Assembly (NCBI GenBank): GCA_037130655.1
Contig: JBAXSP010000004.1
Location: forward strand, 337-64,336
Source: a bacterium
GTDB lineage: Bacteria > Patescibacteriota > Minisyncoccia > Phycocordibacterales > UBA9973
DNA: 64,000 nucleotides
Direction of reading: 5' to 3'
The notes under the pieces were generated by a model, which saw only the letters and a program-made list of their open reading frames with translations, made no database searches and was not told the DNA's origin. The stretch's first letter is position 1. Each line of letters begins with the position of its first letter. Shown here one piece after another: positions 58,395 through 64,000 of the stretch. Both the position numbers and the translations under genes were made by a program.

Positions 58395-58877
58395 ATGGAA
58401 CCAACTCAGAAGAAACCAAAAAGCGTACATATCATTTTATCAGAATCATATTTGACCTTTATTGTCCTCTTTATTCCAGCAATGTTGTTGGATACTTATT
58501 TTAATACCAATAAAACCGTGCATCCAAATCTTGTTATTTTGGGTTGGGTACTACTATTTATCTCACCGGTTCTTATTTATTGGGCACAAAAAACCTCAGC
58601 TGCTTTCAAAAAAGCTTATGAAAATGGTACTCCGATTACTCCGAGCTTCTTTATGCACGGGCCATACAGGGTTACTCGTCGTCCAACTCATCTTGGTATT
58701 ACACTGATGTTTGTTGGATTTTCTCTTGTTATATCAAGTCCGTTTGCGCTAGTTTCTGCATTGATTGCACACTTGGTGACACAAATGAATTTCATTAAAC
58801 GCGAAGAATGTATTTTGCTTGAAAAATACGGCGAACCATATCAGGTTTACTGTAATAAAGTTGGCAAATGGCTATGA
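58395..58877 (+). CDS. Isoprenylcysteine carboxyl methyltransferase (ICMT/PEMT) family membrane protein
   Basis: GPYRVTRRPTHLGITLMFVGF ... EECILLEKYGEPYQVY matches the ICMT-family C-terminal signature. Four TM helices. Confidence 0.6.
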   Translation: MEPTQKKPKSVHIILSESYLTFIVLFIPAMLLDTYFNTNKTVHPNLVILGWVLLFISPVLIYWAQKTSAAFKKAYENGTPITPSFFMHGPYRVTRRPTHLGITLMFVGFSLVISSPFALVSALIAHLVTQMNFIKREECILLEKYGEPYQVYCNKVGKWL

Positions 58878-59563
58878 TGACACTGGTTGTTGGTGGTGAC
58901 TACAAAAAAAGAAGTTTATATCGAGGAAAGTTTCTCGGTGAAGATTTTGTTGTGTCATCAGCTGAAAGCATCAAAGAGGTGCTTACAGAAATAACTGCAA
59001 CATCACTTTTTGAGGAAATGAAAGGAGTGGTATTTGTAAATATATTTTCTCAGAATAAACATGAAGCAGATTGGAAGTTGATTTTAGAACAAGCTTCAGC
59101 AGGAACTCGAAAATGCATCTTCGAAGAAGAAAAAACCATTGCAGGACTTGCTCCGTTGTGCAAAAAATACAAAGTAGAAGTACTTGACCTGAAAGAAAAA
59201 GAGCAAAGTAAATATAACCCTTTTTTGATTACTGATGCATATGGTGCAGGTGATAAGAAGGAATTGTTCAGTCTTTTTATGGAATCTCTCGAACGAGGTG
59301 AGGTAGCAGAAGAAATACATGGACGAATTGCTTGGATGGCAAAAACCTTGGCAACTGTTGAATTATCATTGAAAAATAAGGACGAAAGCATTGTTTCAGA
59401 AATCAATCCCTTTGTTGTATCAAAAACCAAGCGAATATTGTCTGCACAAAAAAACCGATCTTTTATGAAAGAATATTGCGAATTGGTAAGTATGTATCAC
59501 TTGGGGCATAGAGGAGAAGGAGAAATGATGTATTTGCTTGAACGGTTTTTGTTGTCTATATAA
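58868..59563 (+). CDS. Hypothetical protein (weak resemblance to DNA polymerase III delta subunit)
   Basis: 231 aa that overlaps the upstream gene by 10 nt. No firm motif. Confidence 0.35.
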   Translation: MAMMTLVVGGDYKKRSLYRGKFLGEDFVVSSAESIKEVLTEITATSLFEEMKGVVFVNIFSQNKHEADWKLILEQASAGTRKCIFEEEKTIAGLAPLCKKYKVEVLDLKEKEQSKYNPFLITDAYGAGDKKELFSLFMESLERGEVAEEIHGRIAWMAKTLATVELSLKNKDESIVSEINPFVVSKTKRILSAQKNRSFMKEYCELVSMYHLGHRGEGEMMYLLERFLLSI

Positions 59564-59582
59564 TAAATAGAAAAATTCATAT

Positions 59583-59614
59583 AAAAAAAGCCTTCTGTGG
59601 GAGAAGGCTTTTTG
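59583..59614 (+). terminator. Intrinsic terminator after the 58868..59563 gene
   Basis: aaaaaaagccttctgtgggagaaggctttttg. Confidence 0.65.
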
Positions 59615-59820
59615 TATGGTTATATTTTATTGTAGGCTTGAAAAGCAGAAAGAACAAATGAGGTGAAAGTTGCGTAATAATTAACTTAATTATATGAAAA
59701 GGGAGCAAGTCCATTTTTTATTGGCAAGAGCCAAAAGTTTGACTGTCGCTTTCTATATGTGCCTCATCTGATATAAGTATACAAGTTTTTTATTTTGTGT
59801 GTTGTGGAAAACTTTTTAAT

Positions 59821-60017
59821 AAAACCTTTTGAAAGGCACACGATTTTTGCACTACAAAAATCGGGTCGAAAGAAAGAATATGACGAAGTCGTATACTTTT
59901 TTCGACATTTTTTCAAGGCAGAAAAAATGCCTCTTTGCTCGGAAACAACCAAAAGAAAAACACCTGTCGGTGTTTTTCTTTTGGTTGTTTCCTGTGCAGA
60001 GCCTTTCAAAAGGTTTT
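59821..60017. mobile_element. 197-bp element with perfect 17-bp terminal inverted repeats (AAAACCTTTTGAAAGGC) enclosing a 24-bp perfect hairpin
   Basis: 59821-59837 aaaaccttttgaaaggc and 60001-60017 gcctttcaaaaggtttt. The internal hairpin ggaaacaaccaaaagaaaaacacc-tgtc-ggtgtttttcttttggttgtttcc is at 59950-60001. The right TIR overlaps the dsbB-like stop codon. Confidence 0.5.
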
Positions 60018-60543
60018 ATTGAGTGATATTCTTCGAAGTTTTACAAACCAAAAGTCCGATGATTGCGATAAATATACATAGAGACATCAGTGGAATCGTG
60101 ACAAAACCGAATTCATTCACGAAGTTTTGTGTGCAAGATACCGCTGAAGAGCAGGGAATCAGTGGAGAGAGTCCAAAGTTGAGGGAATTGTGATACAAAG
60201 AGATGATTGTGCCAAAAATAGCAAGAATACTGATTGTCCATACAGAAACAATCGATTCTTTCTTCCAAAAACCAATAAATGCAAGTGGAATCATTGGAAA
60301 CAGGGCGATTCGTTGCCACCAACAAAGCGTGCAAGGAGAATAATTGTACCCCATAGAATACACGAGGCTTCCCAAACAAGCACCGCTGACAATAATACCA
60401 ATCAAAAGCAAGGCTTTTTCTTTGATAAATAAAGTGATTTTATGATTTGGTGCAAAAAAACTAAGAAAAAATACCTTTAGTCCGAAGATTCCAATAAGAA
60501 GTGCTCCAATTGCTGAAAATGTGTTGAAAGTATCTACAGACAT
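60016..60543 (-). CDS. Disulfide bond formation protein B (DsbB/BdbC family)
   Basis: Four TM helices. CTLCWWQRIALFPM matches the BdbC/DsbB CxxC-W-QR motif. A second Cys pair CSSAVSC lies in the periplasmic loop. Confidence 0.7.
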   Translation of the reverse strand: MSVDTFNTFSAIGALLIGIFGLKVFFLSFFAPNHKITLFIKEKALLLIGIIVSGACLGSLVYSMGYNYSPCTLCWWQRIALFPMIPLAFIGFWKKESIVSVWTISILAIFGTIISLYHNSLNFGLSPLIPCSSAVSCTQNFVNEFGFVTIPLMSLCIFIAIIGLLVCKTSKNITQ

Positions 60544-60546
60544 AGG

Positions 60547-61164
60547 TTATTTAGCGGTTGAAGTCGCGTTAGTTGGTGTACCTAGATCAAAACCTGTCCA
60601 TTTTGCGAGTGTTTCAGGTGGAATTTCTCCGGTAATACGTGAAAATGGTGGGATTGTATAGCTTCCATCAGCATTTTTTGCAGGTTCAACATCCATTCCG
60701 ATCGTTTCTTTTTCAAAAACCCACACTTTTGAATATGGAGAAGCTGTTTTTTCACAAATAGGGTCATTGCTTGGTGTGTTTTCTTTGTATATGTCACAGA
60801 CAGCACGAAGGTTTTCGTTGATTGTGATAGGGTTGGTGAATTTCCATGTAGGGTAACTGGCGATTTTTTCATCTTTACAGATTTGTAGTTGCCCAGAACC
60901 ATCAGCAGTTGAACATTCTACATATGGAAGGAGTTTTACACTACTACCAAAAGCTTTTTTCTGGGCTTGGCAGTGTGGACACCAAAAGGCGCCATAGAAT
61001 TTTGCTCCGACAGTTTTCAAATGCATTGCTAAAGCATCGTATTGCCCTGGTTTTGATGAGTTTGTTCCTTTGTTTGCAATAATTCCTCCTGCGATACCAA
61101 GTATAAGCACCAATCCAATAATTCCAAAAAATAATTTTGTGTTCATATAAAGACATAATACCAC
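60547..61164 (-). CDS. Membrane-anchored thioredoxin-fold thiol:disulfide oxidoreductase (DsbA-like)
   Basis: N-terminal TM. YGAFWCPHCQAQKKAFG thioredoxin CxxC motif. Adjacent to the DsbB-like gene. Confidence 0.7.
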   Translation of the reverse strand: MVLCLYMNTKLFFGIIGLVLILGIAGGIIANKGTNSSKPGQYDALAMHLKTVGAKFYGAFWCPHCQAQKKAFGSSVKLLPYVECSTADGSGQLQICKDEKIASYPTWKFTNPITINENLRAVCDIYKENTPSNDPICEKTASPYSKVWVFEKETIGMDVEPAKNADGSYTIPPFSRITGEIPPETLAKWTGFDLGTPTNATSTAK

Positions 61165-61218
61165 GAGCCTTTTTCATCAACTAGTAGCGGATATTGTTGT
61201 GTGTTATACAATGTATAT

Positions 61219-61947
61219 ATGTCAGTATTTCTATTCGGACTATTTGCTGGGATTATGACCTTTTTGGGTGGTTTTTCGGCATTATACTTTTCTCGCAAAT
61301 CAAAAGACACACTTCATTTGATGGTTTCAGTAACTGCTGGAGCAATCTTGGTTTTGGCAGTAATTGGGTTGCCTGGTGAGGCGATAGAATTATTGGGAAA
61401 TGTACAAGGTGCACTTATGCTGATACTAGCAGGATTTTTGCTCTATCTTGTTTTGGATAGATCTCTCGTGCTACATAGTCATTCTCATGAAGCAGGTCAT
61501 GAGCACCGAGTTGTTCATCGTTCATCGTTTCGCGCTAGTGCAATGATCGCCCATAGTTTGCTCGATGGTATTGCTATTGGCCTTGCTGCGAAAGCTGACA
61601 TAGGGCTTTTAATCCCCGTTGGAATTGCGGTGATTGCCCACGATTTTTCTGATGGATTAAATACCGTCAGTGCAGTCCTCAAAGATGGTTCACGAAGAAA
61701 AGCATTGTGGTTCTTGATTCTCGATTCGATTGTTCCAATTCTTGGAATAGTGCTTGCCTATTATGTACTCACGGTTCCAGATAAGGTGCTCGGAGGAATA
61801 CTTGCGGTTATTGCTGGATTTTTCCTGTATATCTCTGCAAGCGATATTATTCCGGAAACTTTTCATAATCACCCGAAAACATTTACGACCGTTGCGACGG
61901 TTATTGGGGTGGTGTTGATGGGGGTATTGGTGCAGTTTGTGAAATAA
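61219..61947 (+). CDS. ZIP-family divalent metal transporter
   Basis: His-rich loop HSHSHEAGHEH, HSLLDGIAIG and IAHDFSDGL motifs, with multiple TM helices. Confidence 0.8.
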   Translation: MSVFLFGLFAGIMTFLGGFSALYFSRKSKDTLHLMVSVTAGAILVLAVIGLPGEAIELLGNVQGALMLILAGFLLYLVLDRSLVLHSHSHEAGHEHRVVHRSSFRASAMIAHSLLDGIAIGLAAKADIGLLIPVGIAVIAHDFSDGLNTVSAVLKDGSRRKALWFLILDSIVPILGIVLAYYVLTVPDKVLGGILAVIAGFFLYISASDIIPETFHNHPKTFTTVATVIGVVLMGVLVQFVK

Positions 61948-61979
61948 ATAAACAAAACCAGCTATATAGCTGGTTTTGT

Positions 61980-62192
61980 TTATTTTTCTAGTGTTGTATT
62001 TCCACTAATCAGATCAAAAATTTTATTTTCTATATTGAAAAGTTCTGTCTGCATATTTTTTAATATAGTATATTTTTCTCCACTAAAATCCTCGATGTTT
62101 TTAGTTTTTAAAAATTCTTCAATATATCCATCATATTCTTCATTCAATTTTTTCCAACTTGTTTTGATTTGATCAAATTCTTCCTTTTTCAT
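61980..62192 (-). CDS. Small hypothetical protein
   Basis: 70 aa ORF preceding the repeat-rich region. Confidence 0.3.
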   Translation of the reverse strand: MKKEEFDQIKTSWKKLNEEYDGYIEEFLKTKNIEDFSGEKYTILKNMQTELFNIENKIFDLISGNTTLEK

Positions 62193-62460
62193 ACAGATAA
62201 ATTATACAGGAATCGATCACAGATTACTAAAGCTATTTGTTTCGGTGGGAATCCCTCCTTACAGGGGCAGTAAACTTACAGTTTCTGTACACCTTTTGGA
62301 TATTTTTTCATAGGAATCGATCACAAGTATTTTTCACCAGAAAAATCTCGCGACCCCGCCTCGCCTATTTTTCGGGTGAAAAATTAGGGCTCCGGCTTTC
62401 GATTCCTACACGCAAAGCAAAATTGTTTGCTTCGCTCGAGGGGACACAAAAATAAAAACT
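62193..62460. repeat. Repeat-rich region next to tRNA-Lys: a 14-bp direct repeat pair around an 86-bp insert, a double TTTTTCACCAGAAAAA / TTTTTCGGGTGAAAAA palindrome (MITE-family copy D), and an inverted, interrupted copy of the tRNA-Lys 3' end
   Basis: aggaatcgatcaca at 62204-62217 and 62304-62317. 62323-62385 tttttcaccagaaaaatctcgcgaccccgcctcgcctatttttcgggtgaaaaa. 62397-62445 ggctttcgattcctac[acgcaaagcaaaattgtttgcttcgct]cgaggggac matches the tRNA-Lys T-loop-to-acceptor sequence on the opposite strand. Confidence 0.5.
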
Positions 62461-62487
62461 GCACAAATTGTGCAGTTTTTATTTTTG

Positions 62488-62560
62488 TCCCCTCGGTAGG
62501 AATCGAACCTACGACCATCTCCTTAAAAGGGAGCTGCTCTACCGACTGAGCTACGAGGGG
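62488..62560 (-). tRNA. tRNA-Lys (anticodon TTT)
   Basis: Perfect acceptor CCCCTCG/CGAGGGG, D-arm GCTCAGTCGGTAGAGC, anticodon loop CTTTTAA, T-arm TAGGTTCGATTCCTA. An unusual C at position 1. Confidence 0.7.
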
Positions 62561-62611
62561 TTGGTTATTTTTCGGCAAGTTGCTGAAAATATGTTATAAA
62601 AATAGCATTAT

Positions 62612-63115
62612 ATGAACAAAAGGTCAATAACCCAAAATGAAAAGAAGTTAATTTTAGTACTCGACAATATTCGCAGTGAACACAATACCGGTTCGCTTTT
62701 TCGTACTGCCGACGGAGCAGGGGTGAGCAAGGTTTTTCTTGTAGGCACAACACCAAAACCAATCGATCGTTTTGGGCGGCCAGTTGGCACAATTGCAAAA
62801 ACTGCTCTCGGTGCAGAGAAAACTATTCCATATGAATATTATGCAACCACCGAAGAAACAATTACTGTATTAAAAAAAGAGGGAGTACATATATATAGTC
62901 TTGAGCAAACAGCAAGTAGTGTTTCTTTGTTTGATGTTGAACCACAATTTCCGTGTGCACTTATCGTTGGTAATGAAGTTGATGGGGTAAGCAAAGAGTT
63001 TGTTGATGCAAGTGATACAGTGCTTGAAATTCCAATGAACGGTGAAAAAGAAAGTTTGAATGTGAGTGTAGCAGGCGGAATAGGATTATTTTTTCTTTTG
63101 CAAAAGAAAAAATAA
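62612..63115 (+). CDS. SpoU/TrmH-family RNA 2'-O-methyltransferase
   Basis: LVLDNIRSEHNTGSLFRTADGAGV, LIVGNEVDGVS, EIPMNGEKESLNVSVAGGIGLF are the SPOUT motifs. Confidence 0.8.
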   Translation: MNKRSITQNEKKLILVLDNIRSEHNTGSLFRTADGAGVSKVFLVGTTPKPIDRFGRPVGTIAKTALGAEKTIPYEYYATTEETITVLKKEGVHIYSLEQTASSVSLFDVEPQFPCALIVGNEVDGVSKEFVDASDTVLEIPMNGEKESLNVSVAGGIGLFFLLQKKK

Positions 63116-63127
63116 TCCTATTCCGCA

Positions 63128-63238
63128 AATGACCAGTGTCCCAGTGACTAATGACCAATAAAACTGAACAAAAAAAGAAATCTTTTTGGGATTTCTTTTT
63201 TTAAATATTAGTCACTAGTCATTGGTAATTAGTCATTA
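63128..63238. repeat. Heptamer-array/terminator composite element, copy 13
   Basis: aatgaccagtgtcccagtgactaatgaccaata / aaaaaagaaatctttttgggatttcttttttt / attagtcactagtcattggtaattagtcatt. Confidence 0.75.
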
Positions 63239-63385
63239 CTTCCCATACGCTCTACTTTGTTCGTATGGTGTTGCTGGGGTGAGATATGGCTTATCTTTTT
63301 CTGCGCGAGCTGGTCCACCTGTGGCATACCAAAGAATCCAAAGAGCAACAAGCGATAATAAAATTATTTTTATTTCTGACATAGA

Positions 63386-64000
63386 TTAATTGTATCGCAC
63401 TTGGTGTGTATCGCAAAAGTGAGCACTGCGACCATTGATCACTTCACGAAGAATTGTTCCATTGCAATTTTTCATACCACACTTTGTTCCGTTCATTTTG
63501 TACGCCAAATGGTTTTCGTGAAATTGTCCCGGTTTGCCATGAATGTTTCGATAATCACTCGTCGAATCACCACCAAAATCAATACCTTTCTTGAGAACTA
63601 CGAGCATTGCTTTGTAAATATTTTTCCTTACTTCTTTCGGAATGTTGTTCCAGTTGCTCTTCGGGTGTACTCCTGCGCGAAAGAGTAATTCATCAGAATA
63701 AATATTTCCGATGCCGGCAATGGTGCGCGTGTCCATCAAGAATGTTTTGATTGGTCGAGTGTTTCCTTTTGCTTTGTCCAAAGTATTTTCAAAATCAGCG
63801 AAAGAAATATCTTGTGTAATGTCCGGGTGAGTTTGTGAATTGATTGGTTCCGGCCCACTGTCTTTCAAGTGTTTTGATGTTTCAATGTCAGTTGTTTTTT
63901 CAATAGTAATTTTGCCGAACTTACGAGCATCACAAAAAACTAAGTGTTTTGTTTTTCCTTTCTGTTCAAGAGTGAATACGCAGTGAATAAACCTATTATA
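63386..64000 (-). CDS. mutM: Formamidopyrimidine-DNA glycosylase (Fpg/MutM); the N-terminus extends beyond the window end
   Basis: H2TH (LMDTRTIAGIGNIYSDELLFRAGVHP) and a C-terminal zinc finger (CGMKNCNGT...HFC). The frame stays open upstream to the window edge (...HLVFCDARKFGKI...). The track ORF starts at an internal TTG. Confidence 0.8.
   Translation of the reverse strand, partial: YNRFIHCVFTLEQKGKTKHLVFCDARKFGKITIEKTTDIETSKHLKDSGPEPINSQTHPDITQDISFADFENTLDKAKGNTRPIKTFLMDTRTIAGIGNIYSDELLFRAGVHPKSNWNNIPKEVRKNIYKAMLVVLKKGIDFGGDSTSDYRNIHGKPGQFHENHLAYKMNGTKCGMKNCNGTILREVINGRSAHFCDTHQVRYN

Noticed and set aside
59764-60026. Two opposite-strand ORFs (59764..60009 minus, 59795..60022 plus, and 59829..60026) encoding the same ETTKRKTP(V/T)GVFLLVVS peptide
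   Set aside because: They are mirror translations of the 24-bp perfect palindrome at 59950-60001. There is no supporting start context or codon-usage signal, so they were treated as non-coding structure.
62237-62455. ORF 62237..62455 (72 aa) and ORFs 62384..62798 overlapping the tRNA-Lys region
   Set aside because: They lie across the repeat-rich non-coding region and the tRNA gene itself. The translation is driven by palindromic repeats, with no coding signal.
377-63238. Whether the recurring TAGTCAT-type repeats constitute a CRISPR array
   Set aside because: The repeat units are 7 nt rather than 24-48 nt, and they are arranged as inverted arms around a hairpin rather than as direct repeats with uniform spacers. 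Copies are dispersed at gene ends, and no cas genes are present.

Overview
This 64 kb window is a low-GC (~37%) bacterial chromosome segment that reads in the standard genetic code and includes the replication origin. Its gene content is Patescibacteria/CPR-like (inference only): a minimal housekeeping set, many large secreted hypothetical proteins, a VirB4/PrgI/VirB6-like cluster and a PilB/GspE ATPase.

Recognisable genes:
- Replication and repair: dnaA with DnaA boxes, an AT-rich DUE and dnaN; ruvB, ruvC, polA, a UvrD/PcrA helicase, exonuclease III and a partial fpg/mutM.
- Translation and RNA: rpsO, ksgA/rsmA, tyrS, cca, tsaE, a SpoU methyltransferase and RNase Y.
- Proteostasis and envelope: clpP, trigger factor, a PBP1A, a LysM-M23 peptidase, a DsbB plus thioredoxin pair, a ZIP transporter and an ICMT-family methyltransferase.
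- Other: nusA, ppa, HU, YifB/ComM, DksA/TraR, a XerC/D-type recombinase, YraN, an NYN-domain protein and five tRNAs.

The most unusual content is in the non-coding DNA:
- A dense family of 13 composite palindromic elements. Each has arrays of degenerate heptamers (TAGTCAT/TGGTCAT/ACTAGTC, or CTAGC/CTAGT variants) in inverted orientation around a unique GC-rich terminator hairpin, and sits at a gene 3' end.
- A ~95 bp MITE-like family with a conserved TTTTTCACCAGAAAAA core. One copy is inserted in frame in ksgA and adds about 40 residues; another has an 8 bp target-site duplication.
- Partial duplications of tRNA 3' ends, from the T-loop to the acceptor end, next to four of the five tRNAs. They include two homologous ~140 bp inserts with identical 18 bp palindromic ends downstream of the divergent tRNA-Gly(GCC) and tRNA-Arg(UCG) genes.
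- A 197 bp element with perfect 17 bp terminal inverted repeats and a 24 bp hairpin.
- A tRNA-bounded segment that encodes a T9SS-type C-terminal sorting domain protein and a membrane fatty-acid desaturase.
- A gene at 11929..12667 that is split by a frameshift.

No CRISPR array, rRNA gene or prophage was seen.
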